DNA from: Candidatus Aminicenantales bacterium
Lineage (GTDB): Bacteria; Acidobacteriota; Aminicenantia; Aminicenantales; Saccharicenantaceae
DNA length: 64,000 bases
Reading direction: 5' to 3'
Assembly (NCBI GenBank): GCA_050015275.1
Contig: JBEKBS010000009.1
Location: 719 to 64,718 of the forward strand
How positions within the stretch are numbered: the stretch's first letter is position 1; each line of letters begins with the position of its first letter. Both the position numbers and the translations under genes were made by a program. The notes beneath the pieces are model-generated. The model was given only the letters and a program-made list of their open reading frames with translations, searched no databases and was not told where the DNA came from. Below, in pieces: positions 51,714 through 60,911 of this stretch.

Positions 51714-51740
51714 ATATTATAGGGGCCCCCTATTTGTCAA
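51714..51740 (-). promoter_or_regulatory. Near-consensus sigma70-type promoter with a palindromic operator-like element in the spacer
   Basis: Read on the minus strand: TTGACA-AATAGGGGGCCCCTA-TAATAT. The -35 is a perfect TTGACA. The palindrome ATAGGGG(G/C)CCCCTAT overlaps the spacer and -10, about 45 nt upstream of the TTG start of the DUF4185 paralog. Confidence 0.4.
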
Positions 51741-51811
51741 TGGACGTTGAGGCGCTCCGCGAGTGAGGGGGAGCCCGGTCGAGGTCCCTCCCCGTGAAGC
51801 GAGGCCAGAGG

Positions 51812-52582
51812 TCAGTCCTGGCCCTGGGGCGGCCTTGCCCCGAAGATGAGGAATGCGGCGCAGAGGGCCATGAGGCCCAGCGACAGCTTGTAGAGTGAGC
51901 GCCATTCGGGATTGGCCTCCCGCAGGATCTCGAACTCGTTGACGAAGGCCGTCTCACAAGCGCCGTTCCCCCGGTCGCTCCGGGTCGTGCTCGACACCCG
52001 GCGGTAGGGCGAATCCTTGATCCCGTACGACACGAGCCAGCCCTTGAAATGGATCTGATCGCCTTTCCTCGCGCTCATGATCGTTCGGGCTACCAGTGGA
52101 TCCGCGGGGAGAAGGTGGTTGTTGGACAGGCAGTCCTCCTTGAAGATCCGGCCCGTCTCCTCGTCCGGATACGTGTAGAAGCACGTGAAATCGCGGTTCC
52201 TGAACTTCATCCTCGTGTAAACGGCCGATTCGAGGTCCTTCCCCCAGAGGACGCAAACGTCCTTGATATTGATGTGGTCGTTCCAGGCCTCGTGAGAGAT
52301 ATCCACGAAGGAATTTGCGTGATGATAGGAGACGATCATCCCCCAGAGCTCATAAGTGAAGAGGGGCGTCACCGAGTATGTGACGCCCTTGCGGACGGCG
52401 TCGAACGGCTCAGGAAGCTCGGAGTTCGTCTGGACCGGTTCCTGAAGGAGGTCCGGGAGGATCGCGGTCTTGCCGGGCAGGCGGTCCCTCATGAAGAATG
52501 ACAGGACGAACGCCGCGGCCGCGGCCGCCAGGACGAATTTGGCCGGTTTCCGGAGCGGGATCATTCCCGATTTCTCAGCCAA
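51812..52582 (-). CDS. Hypothetical membrane protein (N- and C-terminal TM helices flanking a soluble domain)
   Basis: It overlaps the 3' end of the upstream M24 peptidase gene by 8 nt; an alternative start MIPLRK lies at 52564. No family is recognised. GC is moderately lower. Confidence 0.45.
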   Translation of the reverse strand: MAEKSGMIPLRKPAKFVLAAAAAAFVLSFFMRDRLPGKTAILPDLLQEPVQTNSELPEPFDAVRKGVTYSVTPLFTYELWGMIVSYHHANSFVDISHEAWNDHINIKDVCVLWGKDLESAVYTRMKFRNRDFTCFYTYPDEETGRIFKEDCLSNNHLLPADPLVARTIMSARKGDQIHFKGWLVSYGIKDSPYRRVSSTTRSDRGNGACETAFVNEFEILREANPEWRSLYKLSLGLMALCAAFLIFGARPPQGQD

Positions 52583-53756
52583 TGAGGATGAGCTCGGTTT
52601 GCGGGCGGCCGAGCCACTCGGCGCCCTTGTTCGTCACGACCACCATCTCCTCGACCGTGACGACCCCCTTGCCGGGAACGGTCAGCCGGGGCTCGATGGT
52701 GAAAACCATGCCTTCCTCGAGCTTCTGGAGCGGCTTCTGGGCATACTTCTCCCACTTCGGCCCGAGGAGCGCCGTGCCGTCATGGGCGAAGCGGCCCGCC
52801 TGGTGGCCGAGGGCGTGGGGGAACTCGGCATAGCCCGCATCGAGGACGATCGACCGGGCGACGGCGTCGATCACGAGGCCCTGGACCCCCGGCTTCATGG
52901 CCCGGCGCGATTCATCGATGGCCCGGACGATGGTCCGGAAACCCTTCAGGACGTCCTCCGGCGCGCCCCTTTCGCCTTCCTTCAGGATGTAGAAGGTTCG
53001 CTGCATGTCGGAGCAGTAGGAGCTGACCTTGACCCCGAAGTCCATGTTGAGCACGTGGCCGCGCTCGACCACGCGATCGGTCGGGGAGTAATGGGCCTGG
53101 GCCGTCTCGGGTCCCGTGAAGACCGCCGGACAGGTCGATTGGCCCCACGCGAGCTGGAGCTTCCGGCGCTCGACCTCGGCCAAAATAAGGGCCGCGATCT
53201 CTTTCTCCGTCTTTCCGGGCCCGATGAACCCGGCCGCGACGGCGTAGATCTCCTCGGTGTGACGGACGGCCTCCTTCATCCAGGCGATCTCGGTCGCCGA
53301 TTTCCTCTCCCTCAGGGCGGAGACGATCTTCTCGGCGGACATCAGCCGGTCCGCGAACCCGATCTCTCCAAGGAATTCCAGGAGGGTCAGGTACATGCCG
53401 TGGGTCAGGCCGTCGCAGATCTCGCTGCCTTTCGAGTAATTGAGGGCGATCGTCCTCGGATCGAGCTCTTTGAGATATTCGAGGAGGGGCTCCTTGATCC
53501 CCGTGACGAAGCCGACGACGTTGTCGTAGGCGCCCGTCTCCTCGATCCCTTTCTGATCGTAGAGGCCGACGATGGCCCGCGTCCGGCCGTCGGCGCCGAC
53601 GATGAAGGCGGAGTGCCAGGTCACGTGTCCGGGGGCCAAGTACACGAGGGTCGGGTCGCCGTTGATCTCGCTCTCACGGGTGAAAGTGATCCAGCAGTCG
53701 ACGCCGAATTCCCTGAGCAGGCCGACGGACTGTCTGACTTTTTCCTGGATGAGCAT
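52575..53756 (-). CDS. M24-family metallopeptidase (Xaa-Pro dipeptidase/prolidase or creatinase-like)
   Basis: The pita-bread fold shows metal ligands in VLNMDFGVKV, HALGHQAG, VFTIEPRL and TVEEMVVVT, with a creatinase-like N-terminal domain. Confidence 0.8.
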   Translation of the reverse strand: MLIQEKVRQSVGLLREFGVDCWITFTRESEINGDPTLVYLAPGHVTWHSAFIVGADGRTRAIVGLYDQKGIEETGAYDNVVGFVTGIKEPLLEYLKELDPRTIALNYSKGSEICDGLTHGMYLTLLEFLGEIGFADRLMSAEKIVSALRERKSATEIAWMKEAVRHTEEIYAVAAGFIGPGKTEKEIAALILAEVERRKLQLAWGQSTCPAVFTGPETAQAHYSPTDRVVERGHVLNMDFGVKVSSYCSDMQRTFYILKEGERGAPEDVLKGFRTIVRAIDESRRAMKPGVQGLVIDAVARSIVLDAGYAEFPHALGHQAGRFAHDGTALLGPKWEKYAQKPLQKLEEGMVFTIEPRLTVPGKGVVTVEEMVVVTNKGAEWLGRPQTELILIG

Positions 53757-53774
53757 GGTCCTTCTCCTTCCGGT

Positions 53775-55085
53775 CTAGGACGAAAAACGTTTGAGCTTTT
53801 TCATGAAGGCCAAAACGAGCACCGCGGCGATGGCCAGGAGCCCGGTCAGGATGAGGAAGAATTGGTGGTGGGCGAAGCGGCTATAGGATTTCCCGAGCAG
53901 GCCGCTGCCGTAGCTCCCGGCGGCGGTGGCCGCGAACCAGCCACCCATCATCAGTCCCTGGATCTTCGGCGGCGCGACCTTGGAGACAAACGATTGGCCC
54001 ATGGGAGAGATCAGGATCTCGGCCAGGGTGACGATGAAGTAGGTCCCGATGAGCCAGGCCGGCGACAGGATGGTTTGGTCCCTGTTCCCGCCGGCGAGGG
54101 ACCCGAAGACCATGATGATCATGGCCAGGCTCATGATGAGCATGCCGAGGAAGATCTTGACCGGGGTCGAGGGTTCCTTGCCCCGCCGGTTCAGGGCGGC
54201 CAGGGCCGCGAGGAGGGCCGGGGTCAGCGCGAGGATGAAAAACGGCTCGAAGAACTGGTAGGTCTCGGGCCGGAGCCATTTGAGGCTGATCGTCGAGCGC
54301 TCGGCGAAAAGGGTCAGGCCGAAGGAATTCTGATAAAAGGCCACCCAGAAGAAGATGACGATGAGGAAGAGGATCACGAGGGTCGCGATGCGCTGGGCCT
54401 GTTCTTTTTTGTCCATGGCGGACGGTGCCCCCATGACGCTCGGAGTCTCCGATGGACGCGAGGTGTCCTTGGACGGTCCCATTTCCCGCTTCTTGACGTC
54501 GGCGACGCGGATATGCGGCCGGCCCATATCGAAGATGATCACGGCAAAGAGCATCCCCACCGCGGCCACCCAGAACGAGAGATTATAGCTGTGGAAGACG
54601 GCGCTGTTGACCGTGGCCACGATGGGGGCGATCATGGCGCCCAGATTGACGCCCATATAATAGATGTTGAAGCCGGCGTCCTTGAGAGGGACTTTGTCGG
54701 CGTAGAGGTTGCCGACGAGGACGGCCATGTTGACCTTGAAGATGCCCGTTCCGACGGCGATCAGGAGGAGGCCGATGTAGAACGTGGTGATATGGTCCGC
54801 CGATGATACGGCTAGCCCGACATAGCCGAGGGCCATTAGGAAAGCCCCGGCGCGGACCGTCCTGATCTGCCCGAAGACGCGATCGCCGAGCCAGCCGCCG
54901 ACGAGAGGCATGAAATAGCAGAGGGCCAGGAAGACCCCGTAGAAATCGCCCTTGCGGGAGTCGTTCCAGCCGAGGACCTTGTCCATGTAGAGGACGAGGA
55001 GGGCCATCAGCGTGTAAAAGCCGACGCGCTCCCACATCTCGGTGAAAAAGATGAACGGCAGTCCCTGGGGATGTTTTTTCAGCAT
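53775..55085 (-). CDS. POT/PTR2-family proton-dependent di/tripeptide transporter (MFS)
   Basis: The MLKKHPQGLPFIFFTEMWERVGFYTLMALLVLYM motif matches POT signature 1 (ExxERFxYYG-like). About 12 TM helices are predicted. The exact start is uncertain to within 1-2 nt; the ORF track extends to a TTG at 55154. Confidence 0.8.
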   Translation of the reverse strand: MLKKHPQGLPFIFFTEMWERVGFYTLMALLVLYMDKVLGWNDSRKGDFYGVFLALCYFMPLVGGWLGDRVFGQIRTVRAGAFLMALGYVGLAVSSADHITTFYIGLLLIAVGTGIFKVNMAVLVGNLYADKVPLKDAGFNIYYMGVNLGAMIAPIVATVNSAVFHSYNLSFWVAAVGMLFAVIIFDMGRPHIRVADVKKREMGPSKDTSRPSETPSVMGAPSAMDKKEQAQRIATLVILFLIVIFFWVAFYQNSFGLTLFAERSTISLKWLRPETYQFFEPFFILALTPALLAALAALNRRGKEPSTPVKIFLGMLIMSLAMIIMVFGSLAGGNRDQTILSPAWLIGTYFIVTLAEILISPMGQSFVSKVAPPKIQGLMMGGWFAATAAGSYGSGLLGKSYSRFAHHQFFLILTGLLAIAAVLVLAFMKKLKRFSS

Positions 55086-55216
55086 GTTGACGCCTTCCCG
55101 GAACCGGACATCGGTCCGGGGAGTATCGTAATGAAAATGAGCCGGGAAAAGCAAGGCGCGCGCATTGACTTCGCGGGGCCTGCGTTATATAGTTCCCGGA
55201 AAATCGAGGAGACAGG

Positions 55217-56335
55217 ATGGCCCCCAATCCTTTTCTCGGAGTTTTTCTTCACGCCCTGGGCGGGTTCGCGGCCGGGAGCTTTTACATCCCCTACAAGAAA
55301 GTCCGCGGCTGGGCCTGGGAGACCTACTGGCTGACGGGCGGGTTCTTCAGCTGGATCATCACGCCCTGGATCGTGGGGCTCCTGACCTGCCCCGATCTCA
55401 TCAGGGTCATCAGGTCCGCTTCGCCCGGGACGCTCCTCTGGACGTACCTCTTCGGCGTGATGTGGGGGGTCGGCGGGCTGACCTTCGGCCTGAGCATGCG
55501 CTATCTCGGGCTGTCGCTCGGAATGGCCCTGTCGCTCGGCTTCTGCGCCGTCTTCGGCACCCTCGTCCCGCCGCTTTTCCACAGCCAGCTCGCGGGCATG
55601 GTCTCAACCCCCTCCGGCCGGATCGTCATCCTCGGGATCCTCGTCTGCCTGACCGGGATCGCCATGTGCGGCAGCGCCGGGATGAGGAAGGAACGGGAGC
55701 TCTCCGACGCCGAGAAACGGGCCTCGATCGCCGAGTTCAGCTTCGTCAAGGGCGCCTGGGTGGCCACGTTCGCCGGCGTCATGAGCTCCTGCATGGCTTT
55801 TTCCTTCGCTGCCGGGAAGCCCATCGCCGCGGCCGCGGTGGCGAACGGGACGCCCCCTCTTTTCCAGAATTTTCCGGTCCTGATCGTTGCCCTCTTCGGG
55901 GGGTTCACGACGAATTTTCTCTGGTGCGTCACGCTCAGCGTCCGGAACAGGACGGCAAGGGATTATCTGCGGGTCCAGGAGCCCATAACGCCGGCGGCGG
56001 AAACGGCTGCGGCCGCATCCACCCCGTTTCCCTCGCGCTCCCCGCGACCGTCGCTATTCTCCAACTATCTTTTCTCGGCCCTCGCCGGCATGACGTGGTA
56101 CTTCCAGTTCTTCTTCTACGGGATGGGCACGACGAAGATGGGGAAGTATGACTTCTCGAGCTGGACCATCCACATGGCCTTCATCATCACCTTCAGCAGC
56201 CTGTGGGGGATCTACTTCCACGAATGGAAGGGAACGGGCCGGCCGACGCGCCGGCTGGTCGTGGCCGGGATCGTCATCCTCATCCTTTCGACGGTCGTCG
56301 TCGGGGTCGGCAACTACGTCGCCACGCTCAAGTAG
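55217..56335 (+). CDS. rhaT: L-rhamnose-proton symporter (RhaT family, DMT superfamily)
   Basis: It is collinear with E. coli RhaT as I recall it: FYIPYKKVRGWAWETYWLTGG against [21 protein letters not shown], and MTWYFQFFFYGMG against MWYLQFFFYAWG. An upstream promoter-like TTGACT-N15-TATATA is present. Confidence 0.85.
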   Translation: MAPNPFLGVFLHALGGFAAGSFYIPYKKVRGWAWETYWLTGGFFSWIITPWIVGLLTCPDLIRVIRSASPGTLLWTYLFGVMWGVGGLTFGLSMRYLGLSLGMALSLGFCAVFGTLVPPLFHSQLAGMVSTPSGRIVILGILVCLTGIAMCGSAGMRKERELSDAEKRASIAEFSFVKGAWVATFAGVMSSCMAFSFAAGKPIAAAAVANGTPPLFQNFPVLIVALFGGFTTNFLWCVTLSVRNRTARDYLRVQEPITPAAETAAAASTPFPSRSPRPSLFSNYLFSALAGMTWYFQFFFYGMGTTKMGKYDFSSWTIHMAFIITFSSLWGIYFHEWKGTGRPTRRLVVAGIVILILSTVVVGVGNYVATLK

Positions 56336-56360
56336 GCGGTCAAGGGCAACCTCGCTGCCC

Positions 56361-56390
56361 GAAAAGGGGGCGGCCCGAGCTTCCCTTTTG
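56361..56390. terminator. Candidate bidirectional terminator between convergent rhaT and potD
   Basis: GAAAAGGGGGCGGCCCGAGCTTCCCTTTTG has an A-run, GC stem, T-run arrangement. Confidence 0.35.
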
Positions 56391-56391
56391 G

Positions 56392-57495
56392 TCAGTCCGC
56401 GGACTTGACCCGGTCCCAGACCTTGATGTAGAGGGCGTTGGCTTCCTTCAGGTTGGCGATGATCTCGCTCTTCGCCAGGATTTCCTGTTTCACGAAGATG
56501 CCGGGATTGTTCCGGATTTCGGGATCGAGAAGCGGATAGGCGTCCTTGTTCGGGCAGAGATAATAGATGAAGTCCGTGTTCTCGGCGGCGACCTTCGGGT
56601 CGTGGAGGAAATTGATGAAGGCGTGGGCCAGGGCGACCTGGTCGGAGCTCTTCGGGATGACGAGGTCGTCGCAGGAGATGATCGTTCCCTCCTCGGGGAT
56701 GAAGAAGCGGACGTCCGGGTTTTCCTTCCGGACCTGGAAAACGTCGCCGTTCCAGGCGTGGACCAGGAGGAACTCGCCGGAGGCCAGGCCAAGCTTGTAC
56801 TGCTCGTTGTCGAACTTGGCCAGGTTCTTCTTCCAGCGCAGGAGGACCGCCTCGGCCTCGAGGAGCTCTTTTTCGTTGACGGTGTTGATGCTGTATCCCA
56901 GGGACTTGAGGGCGGCCCCGATCGATTCCCGCATGTCGTTGAACATGGTCATCCGGCCCTTGAGGTCCTTCCGGTCGAACATTTCCCAAGTCGGCCTGAT
57001 ATCCTTCACCCGGCCTTCGAGGTAGGCGATCCCGCTCCAGACGAGCATGTAGGGCACGGAATGGTCCATCGTCTTGTCGACCGTGATCTTGAGGAATTCC
57101 GGGTCCACGTGGCTGATATTCGGCAGCCGGGCATGGTCGAGCCGGAGGAGCATGTCCTGGTCGAACATCAGGCTGACCATATAGCTCGTCGGGGTGAGGA
57201 CGTCGTATCCGGTCGCGCCCGCCTTGAGCTTGGCGTACATGGCCTCGTTCGATTCGAAGGTGTCGATGACGACGCGGCAACCGTTCTCTCGCTCGAACCT
57301 CCGGACGAGCTCGGGCTTGATGTAATCGGCCCAAGTATAGACGCTCAGGACCGGCCTCGATTTTCCGCAGCCGCCGGGGAATAGGAGCGACAAAGCCAGA
57401 AGGACAAGGATCGTGCGGGGCGGGGCCGGCCGGGTTCCGGCCGGGACGGCCGGCAAGCCTGGGGAACGCCTGTTTCCGGTTTCGGGATCCCTCAT
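56392..57495 (-). CDS. potD: Spermidine/putrescine ABC transporter periplasmic substrate-binding (lipo)protein
   Basis: The PotD/PotF-family pattern is present (VYTWADYIKPEL..FE...G..V..D.FESNE, DVLTPTSYMV). A signal with LLFPGGCG is present. The upstream part of the ORF-track ORF (to 58350) is an artefact. Confidence 0.8.
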   Translation of the reverse strand: MRDPETGNRRSPGLPAVPAGTRPAPPRTILVLLALSLLFPGGCGKSRPVLSVYTWADYIKPELVRRFERENGCRVVIDTFESNEAMYAKLKAGATGYDVLTPTSYMVSLMFDQDMLLRLDHARLPNISHVDPEFLKITVDKTMDHSVPYMLVWSGIAYLEGRVKDIRPTWEMFDRKDLKGRMTMFNDMRESIGAALKSLGYSINTVNEKELLEAEAVLLRWKKNLAKFDNEQYKLGLASGEFLLVHAWNGDVFQVRKENPDVRFFIPEEGTIISCDDLVIPKSSDQVALAHAFINFLHDPKVAAENTDFIYYLCPNKDAYPLLDPEIRNNPGIFVKQEILAKSEIIANLKEANALYIKVWDRVKSAD

Positions 57496-57524
57496 CGCGG
57501 AATCCCTATTTAACCCCAGAACGG

Positions 57525-58302
57525 CTATCTTTTCAACCGGGCGAGCTTCTGGCTGGCGATGACGGCCGTGAGGGTCACGGCCAGGAGGAGGGTCGAAAGG
57601 GCGTTGATCATCGGCGGGTTTCCATACTTGATCATGCTGTAGATCCGGAGGGGGAGGGTCGTCGAGCCCGGGCCGGCGACGAAAAAAGTGATGACGAAAT
57701 CGTCCACCGACAGGGTGAAGGCCAGGAGACCGCCCGCCGCCAACCCAGGGAGAAGGAGCGGGAGGAGGACCTTGAGGGTGCTCTGCCACCAGTTGGCGCC
57801 GAGGTCCTGGGCGGCCTCGATGAGCGAGAAATCGAAATCCTGGAGCCGGGCCAGGACGACCATCGCGACATAGCTCACCGAGAACGTCACGTGGGCGAGG
57901 AAAATGGTGAAAAGGCCGAGGCCGGTCCCGGCCGCCACGAAGGCCATCAGAAGGCTGATGCCCATCAGGATCTCGGGGACGACGAGAGGGGTATAGATCA
58001 AGGTGTAATGGACCCGCTGGAGGCGGCTCCCGGCGTAACGGTGCAGGGCGAAGGCGGCCGCCGTGCCCAGGACGAGCGAAACGGCCGTCGAGCTCACCGC
58101 GATGATGAGCGTGTTGCGGACAGACAGCCAGATCTCGGGGGAGTGGAAGAGCCTTGCGTACCAATCGAGGGTGAATCCCTGCCAGCTGCTCGAGAACCGG
58201 GCTGCGTTGAAGGAATTGACGACGAGGATGAGGATCGGCAGGTAGAAAAAGACGAGGATGAGAACGGTCATGGCCAACGGAAAACGGCTCCTCTTCACGG
58301 CG
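57525..58302 (-). CDS. potC: Spermidine/putrescine ABC transporter permease
   Basis: The product is PotC-like (LPILILVVNSFN; EAA loop IEAAQDLGANWWQ). The probable GTG start at 58302 has GGGGAGG 4 nt upstream, matching the E. coli PotC N-terminal length. An ATG alternative lies at 58271. Confidence 0.8.
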
Positions 58303-59380
58303 CCTCCCCGATGATGATCTCCGCCTTGTCTTTCTTCCGTTGGCGGACAAGCACGGCGATGAGGGGCGCCAGGACGGCCAGGATCAGGACGGCCGAGAGG
58401 GCGGCCGCGTGCGGAAGGTTGCGGTCGACGAAGACCCTCTGGGCGATCTTGTTCCCGACCATCTCGCTGGCCGGCCCGCCGACCAGGTCGGGGATGATGT
58501 AGGAGCCCAGGGCGGGGATGAAGACGACCAGGACCGCCGTCACGAGGCCGCGCCGGATCCCCGGGAGGAAGATCTTCCGGAAGGCCTGGAAGGGCTTGGC
58601 GCCGAGGTCCCGGGCCGCCTCGACCAGCCGGAAATCGAACTTCTCCGCGGCCGCGTAGATCGGAAGGATGGTGAACGGCAGGAAGGTGTACACCATGACC
58701 AGGACAACCGCCGCCGGATGATAGAGGAGCGTTGTTTGGGGGCCGGCGAGGCCGGTCGCCTCGAGGACTTTCTTGATCAGCCCCTCGGGGTGAAGGAGCG
58801 ATCTCCAGGCGAAGACCCGGACGAGGAAGCTCGTCCAGAACGGCACGATGATGAGCATCAGGAGCCGGTTCTGCCATTTTTCGGGGGCCCGGGCGATGAA
58901 GTAACCTGTCGGGAGCGAGAAAAGGATGCAAAGCATGGTGGTCACGAGGCTTATCCAGACCGTCCGCCAGGCGATGACCAGGTATCCGGCATTCCCCAGC
59001 GCGCGGATCGTTTCCAGGGTCCAGCCCGCCCCGATGCCGCCGTAAGGGTTAGCCGGGCGGAAGGCGATGGCGAAGACGAGCAGGGTCGGAATGACGATGA
59101 AGAGGGTGAGCCAGAACAGGGTCGGGAGCGAGATCAGCCACTCCTGGAACCTGCGCCGGCGGGGAGCTGTCTCGCCTCTTACTGGATCCGTCCGGACGCG
59201 GGCAGTCCCGGCTCCTGCCCGATTTGTCCAGATACGGGCAGCACCGTCTCTTGGCGGGGCAGCCCCGCTTCTTAGCGGGGCAGATTTCGAGGAGCGAACA
59301 TCAGAAGCGCGGCGGAGCGGCTCGGAGTCGCGCTTCTGGGAAATATCGGGATCAAAGGACTCTCTGCGACGGAGACTCAT
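58295..59380 (-). CDS. potB: Spermidine/putrescine ABC transporter permease
   Basis: The core is PotB-like (LIIVPFWTSFLVRVF; EAA loop VEAARDLGAKPFQ). The only in-frame ATG is at 59380, giving an 84-aa Arg/Ser/Ala/Pro-rich N-terminal extension. The true start may be a non-ATG codon nearer the first TM helix. Confidence 0.7.
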   Translation of the reverse strand: MSLRRRESFDPDISQKRDSEPLRRASDVRSSKSAPLRSGAAPPRDGAARIWTNRAGAGTARVRTDPVRGETAPRRRRFQEWLISLPTLFWLTLFIVIPTLLVFAIAFRPANPYGGIGAGWTLETIRALGNAGYLVIAWRTVWISLVTTMLCILFSLPTGYFIARAPEKWQNRLLMLIIVPFWTSFLVRVFAWRSLLHPEGLIKKVLEATGLAGPQTTLLYHPAAVVLVMVYTFLPFTILPIYAAAEKFDFRLVEAARDLGAKPFQAFRKIFLPGIRRGLVTAVLVVFIPALGSYIIPDLVGGPASEMVGNKIAQRVFVDRNLPHAAALSAVLILAVLAPLIAVLVRQRKKDKAEIIIGEAP

Positions 59381-59381
59381 C

Positions 59382-60545
59382 CTATTCCCCGTTGAAGGGC
59401 TCGCCGACCTTCTGCGGCGGGACGGCAAGCAGGCCCTCGTCGGCCTTCCGGAAATGGTCGAGCATGAAACCGTCGTCGGCGTGCCACCAGATCCAGGCCT
59501 CGTCCTTCCAGCGCAGGGGTTTCTCGTCGAGGAAATAGCGGGCGTGCTGGCGGAGGACCTGGATCCTGTAGCCCGCGACCCGGACCCAGTATTTCGTGTT
59601 CGAGCCGAGGTAGATGACGTCCTCGACGACGGCCGGGAGGTAATTCCGTTGCGGCTCTTCCTCGGGCCGCTCATGGGAGATATGGATCTTCTCGGGCCGG
59701 ATGCTGAGATAGATCGGCTGGACGGGCTGGAGGTGCTTGTCGTTGAAACAGAGGATCCCGGGCAGGCCCGCGATGTCCAGGCGGCAGTATTCGCGGTCCG
59801 GGCAATCGAGGACCCGGCCCTTGAGGAAATTCGTGTCGCCGATGAAGGCGGCGACGAAGCTCGTCCGGGGAGATTCATAGATCTCGGCCGGCGCCCCCAC
59901 CTGCTCGATCCGGCCGCTGTCCATGACCGCGATCCGGTCGCTCAGGCTCATGGCCTCGGCCTGGTCGTGGGTGACGTAGAGAAAGGTGATCCCGACCTCG
60001 TCGTGGATGAGGTCGAGCTCGATGAGCATCTTCTGGCGGAGCTTGAGGTCCAGGGCCGCGAGCGGCTCGTCGAGAAGCAGGACGTCGGGCCTGTTGATCA
60101 GGGCCCGGGCGACGGCGACCCGCTGTTTCTGGCCGCCGGAGAGGAGGTCGGGCCTCTTGTCGGCCTGGTCCGTCATCTGGATGAGGTGGAGCATTTTGTC
60201 GACCTCGGCGCCGATCTCCGTTTTCGGCCGCTTGGCGATGGCCAGGCCGAAGGCGATATTGTCCCGGACCGTCATGTGGGGGAAGAGGGCATAGCTCTGG
60301 AAGATCGTGTTGACCTTGCGCTCGTTCGGGGGGAGGTCGGTGATGTCCCGGCCGTCGAGGAACACGCGGCCGGCGTCGGGCTCTTCGAACCCGGCCGCGA
60401 GACGGAGCATGGTCGTCTTGCCGCAGCCGCTCGGCCCGAGGAGAGAAAAGAATTCCCCCTTCTTGATCTCCAGGGAAACGTCGCCGACCGCCTGGATGGT
60501 TCCGAAACGCTTGGAGACGCCGCGGAACTCCAGGAACTCAGCCAA
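59382..60545 (-). CDS. potA: Spermidine/putrescine import ATP-binding protein
   Basis: Walker A GPSGCGKTT, Q-loop, signature LSGGQKQR and Walker B LLLDEPLAALD are present, with a C-terminal regulatory/TOBE-like domain. Confidence 0.9.
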   Translation of the reverse strand: MAEFLEFRGVSKRFGTIQAVGDVSLEIKKGEFFSLLGPSGCGKTTMLRLAAGFEEPDAGRVFLDGRDITDLPPNERKVNTIFQSYALFPHMTVRDNIAFGLAIAKRPKTEIGAEVDKMLHLIQMTDQADKRPDLLSGGQKQRVAVARALINRPDVLLLDEPLAALDLKLRQKMLIELDLIHDEVGITFLYVTHDQAEAMSLSDRIAVMDSGRIEQVGAPAEIYESPRTSFVAAFIGDTNFLKGRVLDCPDREYCRLDIAGLPGILCFNDKHLQPVQPIYLSIRPEKIHISHERPEEEPQRNYLPAVVEDVIYLGSNTKYWVRVAGYRIQVLRQHARYFLDEKPLRWKDEAWIWWHADDGFMLDHFRKADEGLLAVPPQKVGEPFNGE

Positions 60546-60660
60546 CGAAGGGAACTCCTTGGTCGGAAGGGCTCGGGGCGGTGGAACACGGGAAAACGGG
60601 CATCGCTCGTCTCAAGGCCGTATTATGAAAAAAATATCCCGGCATTTCAATAATTATTAA

Positions 60661-60755
60661 TTCGGTGACACATAACTCATTACCGAAATTAAGACATAAA
60701 GAATCGGGTGATCATTAGGTGATCATTAAGTGTATTGAGTTGTGCGTCACCGAAT
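60661..60755. repeat. Copy 1 of a roughly 95-bp AT-rich repeat element with terminal imperfect inverted repeats (TTCGGTGACAC...GTGCGTCACCGAA)
   Basis: The core TTCGGTGACACATAACTCATTACCGAAAT plus the distal GTTGTGCGTCACCGAATG recur at 63037..63130. Copy 1 lies in the divergent region between potA and the beta-lactamase-family gene. Confidence 0.5.
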
Positions 60756-60911
60756 GAGAGGCCGGTTTGAACTCCCTCGTCACGACTTGCGTATATAGAG
60801 CCTGAGGCCCATTTGCGGGCCGCTGAACCCGTATGGTAAAGTATGGCGAGTTTTGATGTCCGATATCCGCAGATCCTGTCTTTTTATTAAGGTCCGGACA
60901 AGGAGGCTTAG

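Noticed and set aside
57496-58350. Upstream 285 codons of the 652-aa ORF containing potD
   Set aside because: This part overlaps potC in another frame. The real potD starts at ATG 57495 before its signal peptide.
59381-59878. First 166 codons of the 527-aa ORF containing potB
   Set aside because: It lies out of frame over the 3' half of potA. Its Ser/Arg/Thr-rich translation is an artefact.
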